A DNA stretch of 53,461 bases from the NCBI GenBank assembly GCA_023229615.1, contig JALNYX010000002.1:8797-62257 (forward strand). Reading direction: 5' to 3'. Within the stretch, counting starts at the first letter, position 1, and each line of letters opens with the position of its first letter. The position numbers and the translations under genes are program-made. Positions 1 to 9,366 of the stretch are shown here, one piece after another. Under the pieces are notes generated by a model, which searched no databases, was not told the DNA's origin, and saw nothing but the letters and a program-made list of their open reading frames with translations. The stretch comes from Candidatus Moraniibacteriota bacterium. GTDB taxonomy: Bacteria; Patescibacteriota; Minisyncoccia; Moranbacterales; UBA9337.

Positions 1-184
1 GCTTCATTGCCAATTGCTTTCCATATTCACTTTGTCCTCGAGAAAATTTCTTTCCGTGTACTCCGGGAGCATAATTCTTTCTTACAATCGCGCACTTCAA
101 ACCAGCACAACGATCACCCTTAAGAAAGAGCTTCTCTCCTGCTCTGCGACATTTTCGACAACTTGCATTTGTATCTCTAGCCAT
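1..184 (-). CDS. rpsD: 30S ribosomal protein S4, 5' part (runs off the window)
   Basis: Manual translation from ATG at 184 gives [31 protein letters not shown]...APGVHGK...SEYGKQL, the zinc-binding S4 N-terminus. Absent from the ORF track. Confidence 0.96.
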   Translation of the reverse strand, partial: MARDTNASCRKCRRAGEKLFLKGDRCAGLKCAIVRKNYAPGVHGKKFSRGQSEYGKQLAMK

Positions 185-270
185 AATTATTTTCGTTATA
201 ATCACTAATCGTCCTATCTGTTCCAATCGTATCTAACGATTACAACACCTAGAACGCCTTTAAACATTTT

Positions 271-660
271 TTAGGTCTTCTCTGAGGTGGATTTTCTTCC
301 GCTTCCCATTGTTCGGCGAGTATTTCCTCTTACTGTTCGAGTATTAGTTTTTGTCCTCTGTCCTCTAGACGGTAATCCTTTCTGATGTCTGAGCCCTCGG
401 TAACATCCAATTTCCTTGAGTCTTTTAATATTCATTTTCACTTGATGTTTCAATTCTCCTTCTACTCGATATTTTTTTTCAATCTCCTCTTTCAAGCTGT
501 TTACTTCTTCAGGAGTCAAATCTTTCGTCCTTGTATCCTTGTTGATTTTAAGAGAATTCAAAATCTTCACGCTACTTGAGCGCCCTACTCCAAAAATGTA
601 TGTGAGGGAGATTTCTATTCTTTTGTCGTCAGGAATATTAATTCCAGCTATTCTTGCCAT
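271..660 (-). CDS. rpsM: 30S ribosomal protein S13
   Basis: [10 protein letters not shown]...LTYIFGVG...[18 protein letters not shown]. Confidence 0.99.
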   Translation of the reverse strand: MARIAGINIPDDKRIEISLTYIFGVGRSSSVKILNSLKINKDTRTKDLTPEEVNSLKEEIEKKYRVEGELKHQVKMNIKRLKEIGCYRGLRHQKGLPSRGQRTKTNTRTVRGNTRRTMGSGRKSTSEKT

Positions 661-681
661 AGTTATTTTACATTATATTCA

Positions 682-1122
682 TTAAACTCTTCTTGGCTTT
701 TTTGCCCGACATCCATTGTGTGGAATCGGCGTTGTATCTTTTATTTGAGTAATTTCAAATCCATTATTAGCCAATCCTCGAATAGATGCTTCTCTTCCGC
801 CTCCAACACCATTTACGAAAACTGCCAATTCACGCACTCCATACTTTTTCACTTTCTCCGCAACATCAGCGGCTACCTGGGTAGCTGCGTATGGCGTTGA
901 CTTTTTCGCACCCTTAAATCCCAATAGTCCAGAACTAGACCAACCTAAAGATGCTCCATTAATATCAGAAACTGTGATAATGGTATTATTATAAGTACAT
1001 CGGACATTCGCTCTTCCCTTGGAAACCTGACGCTTCCCTTTTTTCACCTTTTTTCCAGAAGTTTCAGATGGATTAACAGCTTCAACTTGTACTTTTTCAA
1101 TTTTTTTAATTTCCTCTGCCAT
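682..1122 (-). CDS. rpsK: 30S ribosomal protein S11
   Basis: TYNNTIIT, GFKGAKKSTPYAA, DTTPIPHNGCRAKKPRRV. Confidence 0.99.
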   Translation of the reverse strand: MAEEIKKIEKVQVEAVNPSETSGKKVKKGKRQVSKGRANVRCTYNNTIITVSDINGASLGWSSSGLLGFKGAKKSTPYAATQVAADVAEKVKKYGVRELAVFVNGVGGGREASIRGLANNGFEITQIKDTTPIPHNGCRAKKPRRV

Positions 1123-1231
1123 ATATATTATTAAAATTTTTCAATTTTTAATTCGTAATTTTCAAACAAGTACCGTTCATTTTCTGTTTATTGTTTAGAA
1201 ACTAGAAATTAAAAATTAGAAATTATCTTTA

Positions 1232-1345
1232 CTATCCTTGTCTTTGCTTGTGCTTTGGAACATCACAAATAACATAAAGTTTTCCTCTACGTTTAACAAT
1301 CTTGCACTTAGCACATATTCTTTTTACTGATGCTCGAACTTTCAT
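1232..1345 (-). CDS. rpmJ: 50S ribosomal protein L36
   Basis: Manual translation [37 protein letters not shown] (37 aa, below the ORF track cutoff). Confidence 0.98.
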   Translation of the reverse strand: MKVRASVKRICAKCKIVKRRGKLYVICDVPKHKQRQG

Positions 1346-1425
1346 ATTTTATCGTAAATCGTGAAAAGTATAATATGAAGCAATATTTATTATGCTCCGT
1401 GTTATACGCTTAACGTTATGCGTTT

Positions 1426-1638
1426 TTAAAGTCGCTGTGTTATTCTTCCTCGAGTCAAGTCATATGGACTCATTTCCAGTAAAACTTTGTCTCCCGGAAG
1501 CAAGCGAATATAATTAACTCTCATACGTCCTGAAATATGAGCCAAAACTTCATGGCCATTATCTAATTTAACTTTGAAAGTAGTACTCGGCAAAGTTTCC
1601 AAGATAATTCCTTCGAGTTTTATTAATTCTTTACTCAT
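1426..1638 (-). CDS. infA: Translation initiation factor IF-1
   Basis: [37 protein letters not shown]...[10 protein letters not shown]. Confidence 0.99.
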   Translation of the reverse strand: MSKELIKLEGIILETLPSTTFKVKLDNGHEVLAHISGRMRVNYIRLLPGDKVLLEMSPYDLTRGRITQRL

Positions 1639-1754
1639 AACAACACAAAAATAGAGGAGCTACTCATGGACTAATCTTTCCTAATTCCTGAAGCTCAAAA
1701 TAATGCCTCTATTTGAAACCTTCTATTAAATTTTCTGTTAACGGACGTACACCC

Positions 1755-1783
1755 ATCCTACACAATCAGTATTTATTTGTCAA
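1755..1783 (-). promoter_or_regulatory. sigma70 promoter for the infA-rpmJ-rpsK-rpsM-rpsD operon
   Basis: TTGACA (1783-1778), 17 nt, TAGGAT (1760-1755). Confidence 0.7.
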
Positions 1784-1802
1784 TAGCCCGCATTAGATGA
1801 GC

Positions 1803-2951
1803 TTATTTTACGGACATTTTTAAGTTGTTTTTAATCTTTTCTATAAGCTCCATATAAAATTTCAAATTATGCATTGAGATCAAACGCATTGCCAACGGAT
1901 CGCCTGATCGAAAAATGTGATGTAAATAAGCTCGCGAATGATTTTTGCACAATTGGCAGTTACACTTTTCATCAATTGAATTAAAATCATCTTTAAATTT
2001 GGAATTTGAAATATTCACCGTTTCATAAAATTCCCCTTTCAAGTCGTCGCTTTTCCATAAAAATATTCTTCCATGGCGCGCTTCCCGAGTTGGAATCACG
2101 CAATCAAACATATCCCAGCCGAATTCAACACAGCGAACAATATCTTCTGGGGTTCCAACTCCCAAAGCAAAACGCAAAGAATTTTCCGGAATCAACCCAG
2201 CAGTATATTTCAAAACTTCAGCCAAAAAATTTCCCTCACTGTCAATATGTCGCGCTCCGAATCCATATCCATCCCAACTCATAACTGGTCCTCCTTTGAC
2301 GGAAAGCCCTATTTCAATCAATCCATCAACGCATTTTTTTCTCAAATCCAAATATTCCCCGCCCTGAATAACACAAAAAATCAAAGGTCTGTTTTCTTTT
2401 TCAATTTTTCTCTCTTTAATTTGTTTTTTATATTCCATCATACACCTCTCCGCCCAAGCCAACGTCCGATCAACCGCCGCTTCAATTTTTTCTTTCGTAT
2501 CACTGTTCGGGGGAGGATCATCCAGACAAACCATCATATCCACACCCAAATCAAACTGAATCTGAATCGCTTTTTCCGGAGTGATATAATGTTTTTTTCC
2601 ACTGAGAGGCGACCGAAATTCCACCCCATCATCCGTGATTTTCCCCATCTTCGGATTTTTGTGAATCAAAGAAAAAACTTGATACCCGCCGGAATCGGAA
2701 AGCAAAGGTCCTTTCCAATTCATAAACTTGTGAATATCCCCACTTTTTTTAATCAAATCCATTCCAGGTTGCAGGAAAAGATGATAAGTATTAACCACCA
2801 TCGGAACAACCCCTGCCTCTTCCAAATCATTTCCGCTGAGTGATTTGACAAATCCCCGAGTAGCATCCGGCATAAAAAACGGAGTTTCCAATTCTCCGCT
2901 TTTCGTTTTAACCTTTTTTATTCTAGCTTTTCCTTCTTGAAAAATATTCAT
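1803..2951 (-). CDS. tgt: tRNA-guanine transglycosylase
   Basis: TPFFMP, NTYHL, DSGGYQVFSL, DMFDCVIPTR, zinc site CxCxxC...H. Confidence 0.95.
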   Translation of the reverse strand: MNIFQEGKARIKKVKTKSGELETPFFMPDATRGFVKSLSGNDLEEAGVVPMVVNTYHLFLQPGMDLIKKSGDIHKFMNWKGPLLSDSGGYQVFSLIHKNPKMGKITDDGVEFRSPLSGKKHYITPEKAIQIQFDLGVDMMVCLDDPPPNSDTKEKIEAAVDRTLAWAERCMMEYKKQIKERKIEKENRPLIFCVIQGGEYLDLRKKCVDGLIEIGLSVKGGPVMSWDGYGFGARHIDSEGNFLAEVLKYTAGLIPENSLRFALGVGTPEDIVRCVEFGWDMFDCVIPTREARHGRIFLWKSDDLKGEFYETVNISNSKFKDDFNSIDEKCNCQLCKNHSRAYLHHIFRSGDPLAMRLISMHNLKFYMELIEKIKNNLKMSVK

Positions 2952-3030
2952 ATTTTTTTCAACTTAAACTCTATACGCAAGCCAATTGAGTATTAACAAA
3001 AAAGAATACTCAAATGCGCAAACCATAAAT

Positions 3031-4932
3031 CTATTCATTTGCCACTACTTTATATCCATCAGAAGAAACACTGCTGTCTTCTTTTACTTCAGAAGTTTTT
3101 TCCACAAATTCCTTGACTATATCCACATTTGTAAACAAATCTTTAGCTTTAAGTGTAGTTTTTCCTAAAAGCTGAGCCACTCCGCCTATTTGATTTATTT
3201 GAGGAACAACAGAAACCTTGAAGCTTACGCTCTTGGGGGAATTAATAATTCCTGTTCCGCCATCGATTTTTTTCAAACTCCACACAATTTCATTAGTTCT
3301 ATTGTTATATGTCACATTTTCACTTCCTGGAAAAATTTCATTTTTCCATTTCGCTCCGGTCGGAAGGGAAGCAACAACCAAAACATCACCAATATCATTA
3401 GAAACGTTTGAAATAGCCCAGCGAATAACATATTCTGTTTCTTGTCCTACTGTCGGAGGAATTGGTCCGGAAGTTTTAATATCAGAATTATTGAAATAAC
3501 CTTCTGTGCTCAAAATAACTTTTGAATTAATTTTTACCATCGCCCGACTCGTACTTTCGTTAATGCCAACCGCTGGATATGTTACATCCGGACTGTCTAT
3601 CTTTGCAATTGATTCAATTGAAAAATTCTTGTCACCAGCTCCGTTAATATCAATTTTATCTTTTACTGGAATAGAAAAACTTACCGATCCTCCTTGCATA
3701 GGATCAATTTTTGCCAATTGAGGAAAATCTGAAGCCTTCCACATAATTTCTTTACTATCAGAATTATAAGAACCCTTGCCGTCCAAATTCAATTTGGAAA
3801 AATCCAGAACTGGAGAGTCTATTTTCATAGTTAATATCAAATCTCGAAGACCGACCTCTCCTTCATTGCGATAATTAATTTCATATTTCAAATTCGTTCC
3901 AGAATCAACATCCAAAGACTTCTGTCCATTCACTGTTTGCGAAATAGAAAGTGGCAATGTAACTATCTTGGAAACTGCTTCTCGACTCTCATAAACAAGC
4001 AGTTCCTTGTCTTGCCTCGATTGCCCAATAACTGCCTTTATCAACTTCACGTCCCCTCTTGAGCCTTGAATAATTCCGCTTATTTTGATTTCCCCTTTTT
4101 GTCCCGGAATCAATTCTCCGACATACCAAGTACCGCTTCCTTCAAAAACAGGAACACTTGAATTGCTAATTTCAAACCCATCAGGAAAATCAACCTTAAG
4201 CTTCAAATTATCAAATGGAACAGAACTGGTATTTTGATAAGCAATAGTATAGTCAACTTCATTCTCACCAAGAACTTCCCTGGGCGCATCAATAGAAATC
4301 GCCACCGCAGAAGTTTTCACATCCAATCCCTTCTGACCGTCAGATTGAAATGAACTGCTAAAATTGGACGGCATATATTTGAGTGCCGCCTTTATCATCA
4401 ATGTATAATTAATCGGCGCATAAAATCTTCCTTGAATTTCCACAAATCCTTCACTTTTAGATTTTATCTTTCCTAATTTAATCCGACTGCTATTTTCACT
4501 CTCGGACTCGAAATTAGAATTTCCTTCCGGTTTGAAATTCTCCGGATAACTGATTGTCAGCTCTGCATCATTAAGATCAGCTCGATTGTTATTTTTGTAT
4601 TTTATTTTGTATTTTACTATTTCAGCACTGTTTATTTCTACCGGGCCATCCACTTCCACTATCACTCGATCCTCGCTAAAGGCAGTTTGACTATATCTAA
4701 AAACTCCATAGGCAATCGCTCCCAGTAAAAACAAAGCGCCTAAAACCAATCCGAAAATCTTAATAATCCGCAATGTTTCATCATCCAACCAACTAGCCAC
4801 CCGTTTCCAACTTCTTTCATTAGTTGTTTGAAAATTATTTTCTACCGGACCCTTATTTTCTCCAAAAAATTCCTTATTATCAACTTTTACACTAGGGTCA
4901 TTTATTTTTTCGTTCAAATTATCTAAAGACAT
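3031..4932 (-). CDS. Membrane-anchored protein with repeated Ig-like/DUF11-like beta-sandwich domains
   Basis: One N-proximal TM helix; repeated Y.I.Y.N...L..P.GF/W motifs. Confidence 0.7.
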   Translation of the reverse strand: MSLDNLNEKINDPSVKVDNKEFFGENKGPVENNFQTTNERSWKRVASWLDDETLRIIKIFGLVLGALFLLGAIAYGVFRYSQTAFSEDRVIVEVDGPVEINSAEIVKYKIKYKNNNRADLNDAELTISYPENFKPEGNSNFESESENSSRIKLGKIKSKSEGFVEIQGRFYAPINYTLMIKAALKYMPSNFSSSFQSDGQKGLDVKTSAVAISIDAPREVLGENEVDYTIAYQNTSSVPFDNLKLKVDFPDGFEISNSSVPVFEGSGTWYVGELIPGQKGEIKISGIIQGSRGDVKLIKAVIGQSRQDKELLVYESREAVSKIVTLPLSISQTVNGQKSLDVDSGTNLKYEINYRNEGEVGLRDLILTMKIDSPVLDFSKLNLDGKGSYNSDSKEIMWKASDFPQLAKIDPMQGGSVSFSIPVKDKIDINGAGDKNFSIESIAKIDSPDVTYPAVGINESTSRAMVKINSKVILSTEGYFNNSDIKTSGPIPPTVGQETEYVIRWAISNVSNDIGDVLVVASLPTGAKWKNEIFPGSENVTYNNRTNEIVWSLKKIDGGTGIINSPKSVSFKVSVVPQINQIGGVAQLLGKTTLKAKDLFTNVDIVKEFVEKTSEVKEDSSVSSDGYKVVANE

Positions 4933-5072
4933 AGCAATTTTTTTATATTTATTTTTATTTAATTTACCTTCTTATTTTACCAGAGTATTTTTCGTTCAAC
5001 AAGTTAATCACTGTCAAAAAAAATAATTCTCCGTACTCCAATTCATTTATTAACAGCGAAGTCTTTCTTAAA

Positions 5073-5789
5073 TCAGGAAATCCATTGATAAAACCGGCTG
5101 CTAATCATTTCCAATTCGGCAATTTCTTCTTTTTTCATTTTCAACTTCACTAATGAATCCAGATTGTTTGAAGAAAAAATGCGCAGCGCTTTAATCGCAC
5201 TGTCGCTGATGTGGAATTTTTCCATTATTCCTTCCTGGCAATCATGACAAAAAACTCCTCCGTTCTGCGCGGAAAAAAAATTCCCACCGGCGGTTATCCT
5301 TTTTCCACAAAAAGCACAACTAACAACTTCAATTTGATATCCCAGTAAATTAAAAAGTTGAAATAAAAATCCTTGGCTGATCATCCGACAAAAAAACTGA
5401 TCGCGATCTTCCGATTTTTTTTCCAACAAGATTAAGTATCTCAAAAGTAAAGAAAAGGCCTGTTCGTCTTTCTGCTCGTCTTCAGTGAGCCGATTGAAAA
5501 TTTCAAACATCTGAAAAGCCTTCTCCAACAAATCCAAGTCCTTTTTAATGACAGAAAAATTATTCTCCACAATCGCTGATTTTATCTTTCCCATTCCCTT
5601 ATTTCTCGCAATTAAAACATCCACCAAATTGAAATTCTCCAACTGCCCAGCAAGCTTGGCGTGCATTTTTCGCACACCCTTGGCAAGGGTGCGGATTTTT
5701 CCCTGCTCCAAAGTATAGATAACATAAATCCGATCGGTCTCCCCGACATCATACTTTCCCAAAATTATCCCCGTATATTTGTATTCCAT
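5073..5789 (-). CDS. recO: DNA repair protein RecO
   Basis: GETDRIYVIYT...GKIRTLAKGVRK OB fold; CxxC...GGVFCHDC zinc finger. Confidence 0.96.
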   Translation of the reverse strand: MEYKYTGIILGKYDVGETDRIYVIYTLEQGKIRTLAKGVRKMHAKLAGQLENFNLVDVLIARNKGMGKIKSAIVENNFSVIKKDLDLLEKAFQMFEIFNRLTEDEQKDEQAFSLLLRYLILLEKKSEDRDQFFCRMISQGFLFQLFNLLGYQIEVVSCAFCGKRITAGGNFFSAQNGGVFCHDCQEGIMEKFHISDSAIKALRIFSSNNLDSLVKLKMKKEEIAELEMISSRFYQWIS

Positions 5790-5903
5790 AGAGTCATTCT
5801 AGCACAATAATAACAGACATAAAGACAATAAAAAAAGGCTCAACCTTGCATTATGCAAAATCAAGCCTCCATCCTGCGACAAACCCGAAAATTTTTTCCG
5901 GAT

Positions 5904-6068
5904 TTAGCACAGGATTCCTTCCAGTAAACTCTCCGCCAAAACTCCGGCGAAAAGCGTACTTCCTCCTGCAGCAAATGCAGGAAAGGCACCCCCGAAAAAA
6001 TACCAACCACCACCCGCCGCCAAAACAACGATGGCGAGCAGTAGACAGATCCACGTCGACCTTTTCAT
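5904..6068 (-). CDS. Small hydrophobic membrane protein (54 aa)
   Basis: MKRSTWICLLLAIVVLAAGGGWYFFGGAFPAFAAGGSTLFAGVLAESLLEGILC*; GAGGAGG SD; ATGA overlap with the upstream ORF. Confidence 0.7.
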   Translation of the reverse strand: MKRSTWICLLLAIVVLAAGGGWYFFGGAFPAFAAGGSTLFAGVLAESLLEGILC

Positions 6069-6214
6069 TTCTCGTCCTCCTCTTTATTTTTTTCTCCACC
6101 CGCTGTTGCGAGCAGGAATAGCATAATAATAAAAAAACTTCCACCAAAAAAAACATACGAGACGATAGGCGGAACCTCACACACATCCAAAAAAAACTTT
6201 ACTACGAAATCCAT
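6065..6214 (-). CDS. Small single-pass membrane protein (49 aa)
   Basis: MDFVVKFFLDVCEVPPIVSYVFFGGSFFIIMLFLLATAGGEKNKEEDEK*; AGGAGGTG SD upstream of the ATG. Confidence 0.7.
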   Translation of the reverse strand: MDFVVKFFLDVCEVPPIVSYVFFGGSFFIIMLFLLATAGGEKNKEEDEK

Positions 6215-6238
6215 AAACGCACCTCCTGCGTTTTGCAT

Positions 6239-9200
6239 TTATCTGCAAATTCCAATCCGGACTTTTTCTCCATCCAAATCGAAATCTTTTTCCAGATCCG
6301 TTTTTTCCAATTTTTCCTTGGAAAAACGATCTGCTAGGACTTCCTTGGCGATTAATTCGCCGAAATTGTCAAATAACTCTAATTTGCCATCATAGCACAC
6401 TTGGATGCGGTTGTCAACTTCATATCCCGCTTCTTTGCGCATTTCCTGAATAAACCGAACAACCTCCCGCGCCTGCCCTTCCATCCTCAGCTCTTGGGTA
6501 ATTTCCGTATTCAAAAACACCTTGACCCCGCCGGCATCGCCGACTGCCCATTTCCCTTCCGTTTCTTCCTCTCCGCTAATCGCAACATTTTTCACATTAA
6601 CTTCCTCTTTTATTATATTTAAAAATTCTTTTTCATTGTTTGAAAATTGAAAATTGAAAATTGAAAATTGACCCAAAGGTTGCCTCACTTTGATTCCATT
6701 TTTTGCGCGAAGTTGCAACGCTTCCGTGATAATTTCGCGGGTTTTTTGCATTTCTTCGTTTAACCTTTCATCAATCAACTTCTCATCCGCCATCGGCATC
6801 TCCTCCAAATGCACAGACTCTTTGCCCGTTAGATTTTTGAAAATCTCCTCAGAAATAAAAGGCGCAAACGGCGCCATCACTTTGGAAAGTTCCACCAAAA
6901 CATAATACAAAGTCGCATATGCCTCATTTTTATCGTTGTCATTTTCCGATTTCCAGAATCTCTTTCTTGATCGGCGCACATACCAATTAGAAAGATTGTC
7001 CACGAATTTAGGCACCAAACGGCACGCCCGGTTAAGCTCATAATTTTCCATATGCAAATTAAAATCACGAATCAGCATATGCAACTCCGAAACAATCCAA
7101 CGATCCAACAAATTGTTCGTATTTTTCGCTTTTCGCTTTTCGCTTTTCGCTTTCCAGCCGTCAATATTGGCATAGAGCACAAAAAATGAATATGAATTCC
7201 AAAGCATCCGCATCATCCCGCGCACCACATCCGCCACATCCGCCTCTTTGAAATTCAGATTTTCAGATGCCACCACCGGGGAGCTCATCAAATAGAATCG
7301 CACCGCATCCGCCCCATATTTTTCAAACATCACCATTGGATCAGGATAATTGCTCAACCTTTTTGACATCTTCTTTCCATCTTCCGCCAAAACAGTTCCA
7401 TTAACGATCACATTTTTGAAAGCCGGTTTATTTTTGAGTGCCGTTCCCAGAATATGCAAATAATAAAACCAGGCGCGGGTTTGGTCCTGTCCTTCCGCAA
7501 TGAAATCTGCCGGAAAATTGGCTTCAAATTTTTCCTGATTTTCGAACGGATAATGCATCTGGGCATAAGGCATCGAACCACTGTCAAACCAGGTATCCAA
7601 AACATCCGGCACCCGTTTCATTGTCCCTGCTTGCGCTGAGCCTGTCGAAGCGCACTTTTCACATTTGAAAGTAATTTTGTCTACGATATGTTTGTGGATG
7701 TCGGTAATTTTTTCCCCGGAAATTTCTTCCAACTCCCCAACGCTCCCAAACACCCTAACTTCTCCACATTGATCGCAAACCCAAATCGGCATCACGCTCG
7801 CCCAAAACCTTTGCCTTGAAATCGACCAGTCGCGCGCTCCTTCCAGCCAATTTCCAAACCGCCCTTCTTTCATATGCTTCGGGGTCCAATTTATTTCCTT
7901 GGCCATTTCCAAAGCCTCCTCTTTCACTTTTTCCACCGCCACGAACCAGGAGCTTGTCGCGTAATTGATAAGCGGCGTATCGCACCTCCAACAATGCGGA
8001 TAGCTATGTTCATATTTTTCCTTGGAAAAAAGAAGATTATTGTGCGCCAAATATTTGATAATTTCGATATCGGTTTTTTGATGACTGTCTTTTTCTCCGG
8101 TCATCGGCTTAACTGAAAGTCCGGCGAAACTTGCCCTGTAGCCAGCTTGCTGTGCTTCAGTGTCTCCGGCTTCTTTTTTAATCACGCCGTCCAATCCGAC
8201 GTGTTGCACAAACGGCAACTTTTCTTTTTGTCCCAATTTCAAATCATCCTCTCCGAAAGCCGGAGCAATATGCACCACACCCGTCCCTTCTTCCGTCGTT
8301 ACGAAATCAGCGGCATAAATCTTCCAACCGTTCTCCTCGTTTTGCAAACCTTTGTTTTGGTAATAGTCAAATAATGGTTTATATTTTTTACCAACCAAAG
8401 CATTTCCTTCCATCTCGTCAATAATCTCATTTTCATTAATTACCATAGGCTCTCCTTTTACTGACGAAAAATCCTTCAATCCAAATAATTTTACTCCTAT
8501 TTGATTAACACCATCTTTATAAAATTCAGTTTTCCATTTTTCATAGATATCTTTAGCAACTATAATGTTTTCATAAATTGGCTTACCCTTTTCATTTCTC
8601 TTGTCAGCATACACTCTCACTTTTGTATATTTAACATTCTTCCCAACCGCCAAAGCCACATTGCCGATCAAAGTCCACGGTGTCGTCGTCCAAGCCAGAA
8701 CGAAAGTCCCCGGTTCATCCACCAGTTCAAATTTCGCGATCGCTGACAAATCTTTGATATCCTTATACCCTTCCGAAACTTCTTGCTGCGACAAAGTCGT
8801 TTCGCAACGCGTGCAAATGTGCATACTGCGGTAGCCTTCATAAATCAAACCTTTGTCATAGAGCTGTTTGAAAACGTTCCAAACCGATTCCATATACGGC
8901 AAATCCATCGTCTTGTAGGCGTTTTCCATATCCGCCCAACGACCAAGCCTGGTGATCACTTTCTTCCACTCATCCACATATCCCAAAACCTTGCTCCGGC
9001 ACAGCCCATTGAATTTTTCCACACCCATTTCCTCGATGTCTTTTTTCTTTTTCGAACCCAATTCTTTTTCCACGATATTCTCAATCGGCAGTCCGTGGCA
9101 GTCCCAACCCCACTTGCGCTCAACATATTTTCCGCGCATCGTCCAATACCGCGGCACCACATCCTTCATCACACTGCCCACGATATGCCCATAATGCGGA

Positions 9201-9364
9201 GTTCCCGTCGCAAAAGGCGGCCCATCATAAAAAGTGTACGCGGGATTGTCTTTGTTTTTTTCCAAAGATTTTTCGAATATTTTATTTTCTTTCCAAAATT
9301 CAAGAACTTCCTTTTCCATTTCAGGAAGTTTTTTTCCTACTTCAACCTTTTTAAACATAGACAA
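6239..9364 (-). CDS. ileS: Isoleucine--tRNA ligase, type 2 (IleRS2)
   Basis: DGPPFATGTPHYGH, GWDCHGLP, WTTTPWTL, RDWSISRQRFW, KMSKR; IleRS2-type C-terminus (EGQAREVVRFIQEMRK). Confidence 0.97.
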   Translation of the reverse strand: MSMFKKVEVGKKLPEMEKEVLEFWKENKIFEKSLEKNKDNPAYTFYDGPPFATGTPHYGHIVGSVMKDVVPRYWTMRGKYVERKWGWDCHGLPIENIVEKELGSKKKKDIEEMGVEKFNGLCRSKVLGYVDEWKKVITRLGRWADMENAYKTMDLPYMESVWNVFKQLYDKGLIYEGYRSMHICTRCETTLSQQEVSEGYKDIKDLSAIAKFELVDEPGTFVLAWTTTPWTLIGNVALAVGKNVKYTKVRVYADKRNEKGKPIYENIIVAKDIYEKWKTEFYKDGVNQIGVKLFGLKDFSSVKGEPMVINENEIIDEMEGNALVGKKYKPLFDYYQNKGLQNEENGWKIYAADFVTTEEGTGVVHIAPAFGEDDLKLGQKEKLPFVQHVGLDGVIKKEAGDTEAQQAGYRASFAGLSVKPMTGEKDSHQKTDIEIIKYLAHNNLLFSKEKYEHSYPHCWRCDTPLINYATSSWFVAVEKVKEEALEMAKEINWTPKHMKEGRFGNWLEGARDWSISRQRFWASVMPIWVCDQCGEVRVFGSVGELEEISGEKITDIHKHIVDKITFKCEKCASTGSAQAGTMKRVPDVLDTWFDSGSMPYAQMHYPFENQEKFEANFPADFIAEGQDQTRAWFYYLHILGTALKNKPAFKNVIVNGTVLAEDGKKMSKRLSNYPDPMVMFEKYGADAVRFYLMSSPVVASENLNFKEADVADVVRGMMRMLWNSYSFFVLYANIDGWKAKSEKRKAKNTNNLLDRWIVSELHMLIRDFNLHMENYELNRACRLVPKFVDNLSNWYVRRSRKRFWKSENDNDKNEAYATLYYVLVELSKVMAPFAPFISEEIFKNLTGKESVHLEEMPMADEKLIDERLNEEMQKTREIITEALQLRAKNGIKVRQPLGQFSIFNFQFSNNEKEFLNIIKEEVNVKNVAISGEEETEGKWAVGDAGGVKVFLNTEITQELRMEGQAREVVRFIQEMRKEAGYEVDNRIQVCYDGKLELFDNFGELIAKEVLADRFSKEKLEKTDLEKDFDLDGEKVRIGICR
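6640..6671. repeat. (TTGAAAA)x4 heptamer array, in frame in ileS
   Basis: Four exact units; encodes QFSIFNFQFS. Confidence 0.9.
7123..7150. repeat. (TTTTCGC)x4 heptamer array, in frame in ileS
   Basis: Four exact units; encodes KAKSEKRKAK. Confidence 0.9.
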
Positions 9365-9366
9365 AA

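Noticed and set aside
5851..6186. 111-aa ORF from the track
   Set aside because: No SD and implausible composition; two SD-led, coupled ORFs in other frames explain the region better
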